Below, in pieces: positions 13,944-27,599 of a DNA stretch of 64,000 nt. The DNA is from the human T2T-CHM13v2.0 reference genome, Homo sapiens. The stretch lies in the NCBI RefSeq assembly GCF_009914755.1, contig NC_060925.1; one strand, 5' to 3'. A model generated the notes under the pieces. It saw only the letters and a list, made by a program, of their open reading frames with translations, had not been told where the DNA came from and ran no database searches. A program made the position numbers and the translations under genes. The stretch's first letter is position 1. Each line of letters begins with the position of its first letter.

Positions 13944-14095
13944 GCCAGGCATGGTAGCTCATGCTTGTAATCCCAGCACTTGGGAGGCTGAGGTGGAAAG
14001 ATTGACTGAGCCCAGCAATTTGAGACCAGCCTGGGCAACATGGCAAGACCCCCATCCCTATAAAAAATTTTTTTCAAATTCAAAAAATAAAAAAT
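13944..14095 (+). mobile_element. FLAM/Alu monomer within an old L1 fragment (~13810-14410)
   Basis: Alu left-arm sequence with A-rich tail. Confidence 0.8.
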
Positions 14096-14631
14096 ATTTA
14101 AAAAGGTCCAAGAGTCCCTTTCCAGGCAATCCCACCCTTCTCCCCTTAGTTTATCACTATTCTGATGTTTATCACCATAGATTATGTTGCTCTCTTCTTG
14201 AAATTCATATAAATTCACTTTTTGTGTTAGCGTTTTTTTCACATCTTTGAAATGTATCCATATTATTATATGTATCTAGTTTATTTGGGTGTAACTGGTG
14301 AGTGTTATCCAATATGTGAATACACCACTGTTGATGGACAATTTGGTTATTTCTAGTTTGGACTATTATGAAGAAGGCTGCTGTGCATGAATATTATTGT
14401 ACAAATCTATTTATCAACAAATATTCTGTGTTTTCTTAGATTTTGTATTTGTCTCTATTTGGCATCTATTCACCGCAGAACAATTATAATAACTATATTT
14501 TCTTATTTTCTTTATTTTTTTCTTAAAACAATTTATTGATGTATGCCTGGTATACTAAAAGCTGTACATATGTAATGAACACAATTTTCTGAGATTGGAA
14601 ATAAGTATGGACACATTAAATCATCACCACA

Positions 14632-15170
<539 letters not shown>

Positions 15171-15458
15171 TCAAATCAGGATGTTTAGGATATCCATCAT
15201 CTCAGACATTTTATCATTTCTTTGTGTTGGGAACATTTCAAATTCTGTCTTCTTAGCTCCTTTGAAATGTACAATATACTGCTGGTAGCTGTAGTCACCC
15301 TACTGTGCTGTTTCTTTTCTGAGATTCCACCTAACCCCTTGATGTTCCAACTGCTGTGGTTGTCTAAAACTTTGTCCTCTGTTCCTTTAATCTAGGAAGA
15401 CAGTTTGGTTTTGTATTGTAATTTAGCTAATCCAAGTAAGGGGGAGCAAAGTTTGTTC

Positions 15459-16377
15459 TATAAACTAAAAATAAAATCCTAAGTCCCCCAACTGACTAAA
15501 TGGACCCCCCGTTGGCCAACGGGACCCCCCGTTGGCCAACGGGACCCTAGGCAAACCTTATAAACTGAGTCCCAGGCCAAGAAGGAACGAGAGGCCAGAC
15601 AAGCCTCATTATATTCCCACCCCTTTGCAATTTAGACAAAACTGACCAACATTAATGTTATCACAGAGATCATAAGACTGACGGAACAGACTCTTTATGG
15701 CAATAAGACACCAACTTATAAATAGGACTTAGGACTATTCCGGGCAAGGATTAACTCACACACCCCATATATGCAAAGAATAAACTATGTTCTAACTGCC
15801 ACAAGGATTTTCTCTAGCAGCTAAACAAGCACTGGCCTTGAGAATAGGGAGTGTTGAAGCACTTGCTGCTCACCCCTCACCAGATACCGAACCCCGCTGT
15901 TCCACAAGCCATAACTACAGCCTTGACTGACAAGAGACTGATTTCAGTAACTTTCTTCTGATGAGAAGACCAGCGACCATGGACTGGTTCTGTCAGTTTT
16001 ACAGTATCTGTGCATTTGAGTGCCTTTGTGTCCTGAAAAGACCTTTGTGTATAGGGCCTAATTGTAATGCATTTAAATGCTAAGTATCCATAACAAGGTG
16101 AACAAGGTTGTATATTACGTGAATGTTTGTTCAATAAGCATGCATCAGGACCCCTTCATAAATATTCATAAATCCTCCTATAACTTGTTGAATATGTATT
16201 TTAGGCCCACCCATTCAACTTAAATTACTGTCTTGCCCCTCCCTCCCTCAAAGTGCCTGCTTCTGGGCTTCCCGCGATTCCCAGCCTGTCAGGATGACCA
16301 CCTTACATGCTGTAACCCTTTAGAAGAAATAAATTCTCCTCTGTAAGCTCACAAATTGTATGGTTTTTCAGTTAACA
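15459..16377 (+). mobile_element. MER4-family solo LTR with a 20-bp tandem duplication
   Basis: Starts TATAAACTAAAAATAAAATCCTAAG, ends TTTTTCAGTTAACA; GGACCCCCCGTTGGCCAACG occurs twice at ~15502-15541. Confidence 0.78.
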
Positions 16378-16940
16378 GCCCTCTGCTGAAAGTTTGCAAA
16401 ATGGGATACTCACTACCTGCCATTCTTCCATATGTCTGCCTGCTTTTGTTCAGTCTTCCAGCACCTTCAAATTATATAATATATATATGAAATAAATTTT
16501 TCTAGTTTATAGTCGTTATCTGTGGGAGAGTTACTCTGAAAGCAGCAAGAAGCCATTACCAGATGCAGATCTCATTCTGTCAGTAATGGCAACCCAGCAA
16601 ATAGGGCAGGAGCCCCACCCAGGTGTGGATCAATGCATGGCTGTATAACCTTGAGCAAGCTGCTTAGTCGACCTCTGAAGTCAGTACTGCTGTATGAGAA
16701 ATGGAGATATGAAAAGAACAGGAGTGCTAGGGTGCCCAAGGGAGAAAAGAGTAGGTAACAAGATTTTCGGTCAGCAGCATGAGAAACAGGGAGAGGGTCG
16801 CCATTAACTCCCCTTCTTCACCAGAGTTTTCTGGCACCCAAGACTACAGAAACTCTCCTGCAGTGGGCTTTGGGGCACATCGCAAGTTCCAGTAACAAGG
16901 GCTAAGATCGCCCACTTTTGGAGACCTTACAAAGCATGTA

Positions 16941-17013
16941 TTCCCTGACCAGGAATCGAACTCGAGCTGCAGGCGGTGAAAGCGCCGAATCCTAGCCACT
17001 AGACCACCGGGGA
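16941..17013 (-). tRNA. tRNA-Glu(TTC) variant, probably low or non-functional
   Basis: TCCCCGGTGGTCTAGTGGCTAGGATTCGGCGCTTTCACCGCCTGCAGCTCGAGTTCGATTCCTGGTCAGGGAA; mismatches in acceptor and T stems, 1-nt insertion. Confidence 0.88.
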
Positions 17014-17129
17014 AACAACAGCAAGCACTTTTCATTCCTCTTGCCTTCCAAAGGTTTCTCCAAAAGGTGAACCTGTCTGCAATGCTCACGAAGCCCGCCA
17101 GATGCACAAGTCAAAAGTGATCTAGAGAT

Positions 17130-18465
17130 TCTGAAGTAGCTGTGCTCCTTGAGAAGTGCGGAGCCACTGGAACCACAAGCAGCTTCAGACAGGAACCAAT
17201 GAGGCCATCAAAACCCTCAACAGAGGCATCTGTGAGTTCATTGTGGTGGCTGCAGACACCACGCTGCAAGAGAGCATTCTGCACTCCCACTGCTGTGTGA
17301 AGAGAAGAATGTGCTGGGCCTGCCTGGAACGTTTGCGCACTCCAGGCGGGCCCTGGGGCGGGCCTGTGGGGTCTCCAGTCCTGTCATCACCTGTTCTGTC
17401 ACCATCAAAGAAGGCTCACAGCTGATCCAGTCCATTCAGCAGTCCGTTGAAAGGCTCCTAGTCTAAACCTGTGGCGTCTAAACCCGTGGCCTCTGCTGCA
17501 CAATCTCTGCTGACTCCTCCCCCTGAGGTTATTCTCAGCTACTTTCTATTGCTATAAAATATTATAGTACTAAATCTGGTTTCTGGGGTTTTGTATAGTT
17601 TTTGTTCTGTTTTACAGGGTTGTTTTCCCCCTTCTCCATGCCCACCCTTTCTCTGCCATCCTGCATCCTCTTAAACTCTCTATTGAAAAATGAACAAATG
17701 TTCAGAACAGAGGAAGTAGAGTGGTGGCACCATCAAAGGCAGGAAGGGCCAGGAGAACCTGATGGGAGTGGGGATATAGACCTGGTTCTAGCTTCCAGTC
17801 TTCCAGTCACTAACTTTCTGCTGTGTGCAGGGCACAATGGAAGTAAACACCACCCACTATATATCCCCTGTGCCTGGCATACAGAATCATTCATACATGT
17901 TGACCGAAGGGTTTCCTTTGCTTCTAGGGGATTATGTATCATTTTGGGAGGAAGCATGTATTCTGTGGGGTTGTTTAGTTTATGTCCAAGTGCCATTTAC
18001 TAATGTATCCCTGCTCTTTGCTTTCGGTATGTATGTTCTTCCTCCACCTGACAATTGTGCCCCCAATGGTGGCCAGGCAGCAGCATACCAAAGAGATGTG
18101 CTGCAAGATTTCAGAGGTGGGTGAGTGAGACATGGGAAAGTGGACTCAGGTCTTGAAAGAGTCAGGAGTGTCCAGGGCAAAGAACATGAACTGGTGCTGG
18201 AATGAAGGATTCTGGGAAGGTTGTGGAGACCTGGCTGGTAGCTAGAGCAGAGATGATGGAATCCAAGGAAACAACTTCTCTCCGGTGAATCAAGATTTCT
18301 TCAGTGGACACTTAGTCCCAGCTCTGATAGCCCTTACCCCTGTTTCCTGCCACAGTGTGGGTCATATGTATTCTTTATCATATGAGGAGAGTGCTAATTA
18401 ATGTGTCATTTATTTTGTGAGCATGCTAATAAATATATTCATATTCCAATTTAGTGAAAAAAAAA
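17130..18465 (+). pseudogene. SNU13 (NHP2L1/15.5K) processed pseudogene, 5'-truncated
   Basis: [27 protein letters not shown] and, in other frames, ..[21 protein letters not shown] (stop ~17466). AATAAA at 18428, A-tail, TSD AAAA(G/C)TGATCTAGAGAT at 17113-17129 and 18462-18478. Confidence 0.9.
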
Positions 18466-18814
18466 CTGATCTAGAGATGCCCCTTTTCAAGGTGACAGCA
18501 TGGCTCTGGAGAGATGGCCACAGGAACCATGGCAGTGGACCAGGTTGCTGGGAGAAGGCAAAAGGGGAGGCACCCAAGCTGAGAAGGGGCTAAGCACTCA
18601 GCCCCTGGGACCACCAACAGCAGGCCTGAGACACATGCAGGAAACCAGACAGCCTGGATGAAATTTCTTTCAAGCAAGGCCAGTGGTCCCTGACAGAACA
18701 CCAGAGGTTTCCCCCTAAATCCTTTCGCATCTGTACCGTTTCCATCTTAGTTGGAGCTCTTTGTTCTCATCCTTGCAATACGCAGAGAAAAAAAAATCAC
18801 AGGTTGTTGATTGT

Positions 18815-19071
<257 letters not shown>

Positions 19072-19805
19072 AACCAGAGTTCTTTTTGATGCCGATATTT
19101 TACTCGGACTCCACATCTAGGTGGGAATTCATGTTTTCAAGTACGGACATTGCTCTACACAATCCTCTCCTTTCCTGATCACTAAATTGGAGTAAATCAC
19201 TGTCCTGAAGAAGGTACCCTTGGGAGAGTGGGTTGGCCTGTCTTTCCACCCTTTCTTGACTCTGCCCTCACCTTCAAGCCTCTTTCTGGCCTGTGTTCAA
19301 GGTCCAGAGGCATGCTTAAGACCTCTCTGTGTGGCTCTTCTTGAAGAGTCAGGAACCCCATACTTCCTGTTTAGCGGGCAGAGAAGCTTCAAGCCGCACA
19401 GTTTTGGGTATGCTAGGATCCCACAAGGCACAGATGTGCAGTGGCCCACGAAGTGAGTTTGTGGGTCTCCAGTTACCTGCAGCCCTTTCTGCTCCTGTAG
19501 GTTAAAGGGCAATTGCCTTTTTTTTTCTGTCCAGGAAGGACCCCAGAATGTTCTGAGTCAGAAAAACAGTGAATCCTCTCCTCTGGGTCAGTGGGGAGGG
19601 AGAGAGAGAGATTTCAGAGGGAAGAAAGCAGAAAAAGATGTCACAAAATTGCCTAATCAAAAGTTACCATGATGCCTGCCTCATCTGGAACTGGGCTCCC
19701 AGTCTCTAGTGAGGGAGACATAGTCCAGTCCAGTCCCAGTCTCCAGTCTGAGCCAAAGCAGAACAAAGCTGGACACTGCAGCCTGGCATCCAATGAACAT
19801 TTTGT

Positions 19806-19877
19806 CACTTTCCCCAGGGTGGGAGCATTTGAACTTTGGATGTGAAGGAAACATGGTAACCACTGCAGTAAGAAAAG
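19806..19877 (-). pseudogene. Highly decayed tRNA-Val(CAC) relic
   Basis: CTTTTCTTACTGCAGTGGTTACCATGTTTCCTTCACATCCAAAG aligns to the 5' half of tRNA-Val; paralogue at 36930. Confidence 0.5.
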
Positions 19878-21031
19878 CAACTGCTGGAGAAAATGGCACT
19901 TTCTTCCCCAAATTTGTTTTTACACTCATGTCTAAGGAACACCTTAGAAACCACATTAACATCTTTCAGCAAAAGGAAATTCTGCCTGTTGATCTTTTGC
20001 TGTGAGACAAACTTGAAAAGTTCACAGACACTGCCTTTCTCTGAAAACTGCCCTTACCTCTTTGTTATAATTCACTTCAAGATCTGTTGAGTAGTAGGAA
20101 CATCAAAAATGCAAATAAAAAGTTTCAAGTATTATGAAAGAATGCAATAAAACTGCCTTTGAAAAAAATCTCAAGATGGAGGTGGAGATCCTGTGATCAT
20201 GAAATCTGAATAGGCTGCTCCTGTGTCCTTCAGTGGTGATGGCTCTGAAACCCTTGTGTTTTATGAACTTCATGCCCTGGTCTTCAAACGAATTCAGTGC
20301 AGGCCAAGAAGCACAGTTTGGCCTGGGTTGGATGCTCTATATTTTCAAAGAGTGAAATGCCTTGAGACACAGCCTTTGCTATAGTACCTGCTAAAACTTC
20401 AACGTGTGGATAAATATAGCTTACACTGAATCGAATAGACTCAGCGAGAGTGGCAGTGAAGGATGCCCTCTGGAAGATTCGAGGTGCTGAGGCCAAAGGG
20501 CTAGCAAGGAAAGAGCGTGCGGGTCAGGCCCTTCAGCCTGGTGGAAGAGCAGGCAGGGAGGGTCCTATGGTTCCTGGGAGGACCCGAAGCATGATCGCCT
20601 GTCAAGAGCCAAGAGCCCTAATGGCCAGCGCCGGGGAAAGGGCCCCCGAGGGGCAGTCAGCAGCCCTGCAGGGGCGGCGTTCACACTCCTGTGTGGCACG
20701 GGACACTCATGGCTCCACCAGCTCCTGAAGCTTCTGGGAGCCAGAGAGTCAGCAGGGAGAATCCCACACACGGGCACTCAGTTCCTGGAAACCCTGCATG
20801 AGATGCGGGATCCCGAAGCCAGATTGGGGGTCCCTAGGGTCTTGGCTTCGGGGCTAGGCGTGGAACCGTAAATGAGGGTTCAGCCTGTCTGCCTGAGGGA
20901 TTGTGTTTCCTGGCGTATTTATCACTCAAATTTTGAAAAGCAGTCGAATTTGTTATATTGGAAACCCTAGTAGTTAAAAACAGCAGATGGTAACATTTCA
21001 GGAATATGTCTTGTGCCAGGAACTGTGAGGG

Positions 21032-21322
<291 letters not shown>

Positions 21323-21515
21323 CAGAGGACTTTAAAACCGTTATTATGTCAATATTCTATGGGTCCAAAGAATTAAGCAGAGGTATCAAACATATAAAAA
21401 TGGTCAGAATCAAACTTTGGAGATTAAAAACTACAACATCTGAGATAATAAATTCACTGGATGCAATTAACAGCAGATTAGACACTGCAGAAAAAAAGAT
21501 TATGAAACACAAAGC

Positions 21516-21802
21516 CGCCGGGCACCGTGGCTCAGGCCTGTAATCCCAGCACTTTGGGAGGCGGAGGCGGGTGGATCACGATGTCCAGAGATAGAGCCCA
21601 TCCTGGCTAAAACAGTGAGACCCCCGTCTTTACAAAAAAAAAATATATATATATAAATTAGCTGGACATGGTGGCGGGCGCCTGTAGTCCCAGCTAATCG
21701 GGAACCTGAGGCAGGAGAATGGCATGAACCCGGGAGGCGGAGCTTGCCGTGAGCCGAGATGGTGCCACTGCACCCCAGCCTGGGCGACAGAGCAAGACTC
21801 CC

Positions 21803-21833
<31 letters not shown>
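21516..21833 (+). mobile_element. AluY-like element within L1 ORF1 fragments
   Basis: Full Alu with long A-tail. Confidence 0.9.
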
Positions 21834-21835
<2 letters not shown>

Positions 21836-22050
21836 GCACTGAGGGGAAAAGTCAATGTGAAATTCTACAAAAGCTGAAAATTCACTACCACCAGCCATTA
21901 CCACAAAAAAAAAAAAAAGTTGAAGGAGTCCTCCAGGCAGAACGAAACTGACATCGGATGAAAATCTGGTTGTACAAAAAAAAAAAAAAAAAAAAAAAAA
22001 CTAGACATGACATCTAATAGACGAATATATAATTTTAACATCTGACTGTT

Positions 22051-22308
22051 TAGCTGGGCGTGGTGGCTCACGCCTGTAATCCCAGCACTTTGGGAAGCTG
22101 AGGCAGGCAGATCACTTGAGGTCAGGTGGTTGAGACCAGCTTGGCCAATATGGTGAACCCCTCTCTCTACTAAAAATACAAAAATTAGTCCGGTGTGGTG
22201 GCCCACGCCTGTAATCTCTGCTACTCAGGAGTCTGAGTCAGGACAATCGCTTGAACCCGGGAAGCAGAGGTTGCAGTGAGCCAAGATTGTTCCACTGCAC
22301 TCCAGCCT
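22051..22308 (+). mobile_element. Alu (S-type), tail truncated
   Basis: Alu consensus. Confidence 0.88.
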
Positions 22309-22614
22309 ATCTGGAACCTAGTTTGATCTGGAGGGATCTTATTTTATAGGAGGCTTGGAGGGGGACCTTTTGCTTTGTGTACTTATAGGATGCACAAGAC
22401 ACAAGGGAACAATCTCTCACTTTTTAAATACAGTGATAGGCCTGAGGAGAAACAACTGCAATTTTTTTTTTTTTTTTTTTTTTAATGAGATGGGATTCTC
22501 ACTGGTCTTGAACTGAGCTCAGGCGAGGCTTCCCCTACGTCGGCCTCTCAAAGTGTTGGGATTAATAGGCGTGAGCCACCGCGCCTGACCACAACTAACC
22601 AACATTTAAAAGCA

Positions 22615-22688
22615 CGTCCCTGGGTAGGCTCGAACCACCAACTTTCCGGTTAACAGCCGAACGCGCTAACCAATTGCTCCACGGAGAT
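22615..22688 (-). tRNA. tRNA-Asn(GTT) variant or pseudogene
   Basis: ATCTCCGTGGAGCAATTGGTTAGCGCGTTCGGCTGTTAACCGGAAAGTTGTGGGTTCGAGCCTACCCAGGGACG followed by TTTT. B box intact; acceptor, D and T stems carry mismatches. Confidence 0.87.
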
Positions 22689-23369
22689 AACCTCAGTTGG
22701 TCGCTTTCATCTCAACATAGATTAAGCAATCACTAAACTCTAGGGGTTGCCATTCGCTTTCTGCAGGACAACTGTGCAGACTACAAAGCTTCGGAAAACC
22801 GGAGAGGCTGAGTCGACTAATCGTGTTGTTGCACGTTAGAAACGCTTGCATTGCCTGACTCTGAAACCAGAAGGGCGGCCGAATGGCCTTCACCCTCCAT
22901 TAACCCTCGCCTCCTTCAGAAGCCAGTGCCTCTGGAAATGCCTGGATCTGCGACCCCAGCCTGAGCCTAGTAGGGCCCAAGGGAAGCTGAACGCCCCGAC
23001 GGCTCTCATGGTAGGTAGCTCTTTCTGTTTTTTTGCGCCGCCTTCAGGCAATCATCTACTCCGCTTGCTATCCCCTCACTCAACTCGGCTTCAGTAGATG
23101 GGGTTGGTGGGGCGGGAGCGGGAAAGAGGCAGGGGAGTCAAAAGGGAAAACCTGAAAAGAAGGAGGGAGAAGAAGCAGGGGAGACCAGGACGAGACAATG
23201 GGACAGCCCAGGATGCCGGTGCAGAGGGCAGCGGCTGGATGCAGAGAAGATGGGACACGTATCAGAATGGACTGGAGAAGACGTGAGGGAAAATCACAAG
23301 AACCTGTAGCTGCCCAAGAATAAACACGTAAAAATCGCATAAATGTTTTTACATTAAAAAAAAATCGGG

Positions 23370-23797
<428 letters not shown>

Positions 23798-24283
23798 CAG
23801 TCAGACTCTATCTTGGACCCACTGGGGCGAACCCACGAGTCTTTTGGTTTGCTTTTAATTCCTGCACCAGCTGCGGCCTTTATCTGCAGCCAGAAAGCAG
23901 GGTTTACCGCTGGCCCCACAGCGCCATACGGTCTGGGGAAAAGAAGGAAACCCAATAGTACACAAACAAAGGCCCAAAGAGAAACCTTCCAAGTGCTCTA
24001 TGCCTCACGGTTTAGCAGAAAATATCAAGCAACTCTCAACCTAGCTGGTCTGTAGCTTCCACAAATGAAATACTGTATTCATTGCAGCCTTTCTGGTTGA
24101 GATATTTCAAATATTTGGTGGAGCTTTTAATGAGACGGAGAGACACTCTCGAGTGTGAAAGAAAAACATGAGGGGGTGTGAGGATAAGGCGACTTTAGGA
24201 CAGAAAAAACAAAGAGACAAGGAAGCCACGTAAACGTTTTCGGGTAGGCGTGAGGCGATGTCAGTTTTGAACCCCGTTTATGT

Positions 24284-24433
24284 TAGGTAGAGAGCGCAGC
24301 CCTCTTCTAGCACAAACACCGTTTCCCACATTGAAGAAATCACAGAGATCAGCAACTCTAGAGTGCGATGAAGAAGCTTCACTCTGGGAGAACCCCCTTC
24401 GTGACCACGGTCTCTTTCCTGCCAGGTAAGTGG
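24284..24433 (-). ncRNA. U1 snRNA variant or pseudogene (RNVU1/RNU1-P class)
   Basis: CCACTTACCTGGCAGGAAAGAGACCGTGGTCACGAAGGGGGTTCTCCCAG..ATCGCACTC..AATGTGGGAAAC; deletion before an altered Sm site; 3' box-like GTTCAAAACTGA at ~24261-24272. Confidence 0.9.
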
Positions 24434-24479
24434 GAATGAGCGCATGCCCTGCAGGGACAGCACAGCGTCCTCGCCCTGG

Positions 24480-24497
24480 TCGGACGCTCAGGGTCAC
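24480..24497 (-). promoter_or_regulatory. snRNA proximal sequence element (PSE)-like
   Basis: GTGACCCTGAGCGTCCGA at -64..-47 from the U1 start, matching the position and 5' half of the U1 PSE GTGACCGTGTGTGTAAAG. Confidence 0.6.
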
Positions 24498-25469
24498 CAC
24501 CCTACCCACTGCCCCCTTCGCCATTCTTCCAAACCACTCTCTGCCAAAGATTCCACCGACAGTCACCCCACACGACAACGCAGGCCGCCTTTCAGCAGTG
24601 GCTCCCGCCCCGCAACCACGCGCCCTCTCACCCCCGCGGTTCTGCCCGCCGCCTCTGTCCAGTCTGTGCACTTCACCTCCCTGGCTCCCGCTCTCCCCTG
24701 AGCTTACAGTGGACGCGGGGTTCTTCCAAACCCCTCTTGGGAATACTGAATGGAAAAGGGGGAGCGTGCGCAAGTGCTTGGTAGAGTGTAGACATTGTGG
24801 GATTTGACTGTGGTACCATCGCTTTGACGTCCTAGTGCTGATTTTTACACCTGCATTCTGCTTAGGGCACTGGCAACAGTTTTCCGTTTGTGCCTACTCC
24901 ACCTGCTGTCTTTGTTGGGTCAGCGAACATCGCCTCCCTCTACCGCTCAATCAGCAAAAGGGACCGCCCTTGAGGACCTCACCCGCCGCTCACTCCCCTC
25001 CCAACTTCGCGGGCATCGCCTCCGGTCGCCTCTTCCGAAGGCCTAACGAGCATGTTAGCTGCGAACGGAGGTGAGGAGGCTCCGCTGACTGACCGGTGCC
25101 CACGTCCAGGGCACGCACAAACGCCATGACTTGGCTTGGCCTCTCTCTTAGTTATTCACAGCTCAGCCCGATAGGCACCTCTGGGGCGGCGACGGCAAAG
25201 AGGGTGCGCTTATTAAGTGCAGCTCCACGGGGACTGGCCTCTCTGCACGGCTGTGTACACCTGAGCGAGACGCTCAGTCGCTCTCTAAAGCCGCTTCTGC
25301 GGATGACAGACACGGAGATAAACGTGAGAGGTGGCCCACCACGACTTGCCCTCCTTTGCCCGGGTTTGCCCCTCGCTGCGGAGGCTGTTCTACATCTGGC
25401 CCTTGGAGCAGGCCGGCTGACAGCGTGGTAAAGGAAGATTTCTGCGGGAGGGCGGCCAGTGCAAAACAA

Positions 25470-25541
25470 TTCCCTGACCGGGAATCGAACCCGGGCCGTG
25501 GCGCTTTCAGCACCGAATCCTAGCCACTAGACAACCATGCA
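25470..25541 (-). tRNA. tRNA-Glu-derived gene with GAA (Phe) anticodon
   Basis: TGCATGGTTGTCTAGTGGCTAGGATTCGGTG CTGAAAG CGCCACGGCCCGGGTTCGATTCCCGGTCAGGGAA; Glu body, perfect B box, TTTT downstream. Confidence 0.87.
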
Positions 25542-27322
25542 GATGCGGAAAGCTGCTTTCTCTCCCTTCTTCGACCTGAAGCGACACTTTCCTGTGCTCT
25601 AGGAGGACTTGGGTCTTGTGAGAGTCGCCCTTTGCTCCTGGAGTCGTCTCACAAGGCCGTTCACTCCCTGCTTTCTTCAAAAAAAGAACCTGCAGGCGAC
25701 ACACCAAGGACTCCACGAGGGAGTCCTGAGTACTGGAGCGAGTTGCGGCCACGCGGCCGCAGCTCACCACTGGCCTAGAGATGCCCTTTGCGAGGCGGCA
25801 GCAACTGACAAGATGGTCGCGGGTCGCCGGGTCCGGAGCCGCCCACCAGGTTGCCAGGAGGAGGCGGGAGCGGGGAGGCGCCCGAGGTGAGACAGGGGCA
25901 CCCTCTGCATCATAAAGGACCCAGACCCCGGCACCCTCAACATCATAAGGAATCAGACGGATGCGGAAACCGAGACGGGCTGGATAGGAAACTCTTTCCA
26001 GGAAGGCTCCGGGGCACTCAACTGGTCTCCAACCTTCCCCTGCAACCTGTGACGCCTGCCATTTTCCCATTTTAGGCGATGGCAACGCAACCCCTCCGTT
26101 TGCTCTGGGCAAAACTTCGAGAGTTCCCTCTGAAGCTGGAGCTTTTTCCTCAGATCCAAGATCCAATTGGTCACCAATTCGTGATTTCCGTCGGCCAAGT
26201 GCGTGGGCATTGATCTACACGCGAGTTTCTCCACCTCTGCCGAATGGCTACTTCGGGGTGGGGGAGGGGCCCTCCCGCCGTGGATTGCAAGGTGTTTAGC
26301 AGCATCTGTCTCCTCCGCTGACTAGACACATGCCAGGGGGATAACATTCTCCCTCCCGCTTCCCCCAGCCGCGGCCTAGTGTCCCAGCGGGGTTGGGAGA
26401 GGCATGTGAGGGCGAAGTTGCCCCCTGTTGAGAACCATTGCTGCGCGTAGTCCTTCTCTCTGAACTTGTGCAGAGGACTCTCCAGGTGAAGGCTCAAGGG
26501 TGGATCCAGCTCGAGACACCCTCGCTCCCCCTCACAGTCGGACCTTAGGATTTAGGCTTTAACATCTCCACATCATGAGATTCGAAACCTTTAGGTCTTG
26601 TCTTCCGTTCTGTCCTCCAAATCGGCCTCTTCCGAGCCTGTTGACCAGGGCCAGCCGGGCAGAGGGCTGGGCTCGCTCAACGAGGCTCCTCTCGCACCTC
26701 CTGGAGCTTCAGGCTTCTTTCCGTTGCAGAGAAGCTTTATGGGCCAATTCGTTCGGCATCCCCGGGGGCAGGTGCGCGGTGCGCGGGGAAGAAGAGGATT
26801 TGACTGCGGTTCTCCACCCCCGGCGCCCAACCTCCACCCCGGTGCGCGCGCTCTTCCAGGCTCCTGCTGGTCCCACTTGCCAGGAGTTAGGTCTCAGGTC
26901 AGCCTGAGCTCCTGAGACGCCCAGGCCCGGAAAGACACGTAGGGGAAACCATCTGCTCACTTCTGTCCTGTCCGGAAGGGATCCCTTTCTGACGGGAAAG
27001 AAAGGCGGTGAGTCCTGTCCTGTTGAGTAGGCGGAAGAGAGATCAAAGGGAAGACAAGAAAAATCCTGTGAGTTTTCAGGATCTAAAGTTACCATGAGGT
27101 CGACCTAACCTCCTCTGGAGGTCCTCCCGGTCCTCCCGTGGCTGTCGAAGGTGAATCTAGCTTCCGTCTCCAGTTCGCCAAGGCGGACAAAGCCGACGAC
27201 AATGGGCCTGTCCACTATCTTCTTTCATATGCACAAAATGTCAGCTCTTCTTGTTTCTAACTTGCAACATCCCACCTGATGACCAGCTCAGCAAATTAGA
27301 GACCCTCCATGGGATTCCATCT

Positions 27323-27560
27323 CTGTCTTAGTTCGGGCTTCCATAACTATATACCATAAACTGGGTGGCTAATTCACGACAGAAATTTATTTCTCACAGT
27401 TCTGGAGGTTGGAAGTCCGAGATCAAGGTGCCAACATGGTAGGGTTATGATGAGAGACTTTTTTCTGGTTGTAGACTGCCACCTTCTCATTGTATCCTCA
27501 GGGGGCAGAGAGAGCTCCCTGGGGTCCCTTTTATAGTGGCATTAGTCCCACTCAGACTAA
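27323..27560 (-). mobile_element. MLT1 (ERVL-MaLR) LTR fragment
   Basis: ACAGAAATTTATTTCTCACAGTTCTGGAGG..GAAGTCCGAGATCAAGGTG motif. Confidence 0.8.
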
Positions 27561-27599
27561 CGGGACTAAATCCAGACCCAGTTATTGCAATGTGTGCAA

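Larger units (their letters stand above)
24400..27200. promoter_or_regulatory. CpG island / promoter-like region
   Basis: Visibly GC- and CpG-rich relative to flanks, with GC boxes; not computed. Confidence 0.75.

Noticed and set aside
15502-15545. 20-bp direct repeat as a CRISPR-like or functional array
   Set aside because: Two adjacent copies with no spacer inside an LTR in eukaryotic DNA; a simple slippage duplication
17130-17160. Possible twin-priming 5' inversion of the SNU13 retrocopy
   Set aside because: Reverse-complement similarity to SNU13 is too weak to support
25507-26166. 219-aa minus-strand ORF and overlapping ORFs in the CpG island
   Set aside because: GC-rich sequence is poor in stop codons, several begin at non-ATG codons, no recognisable domain, and the ORF runs into a tRNA gene
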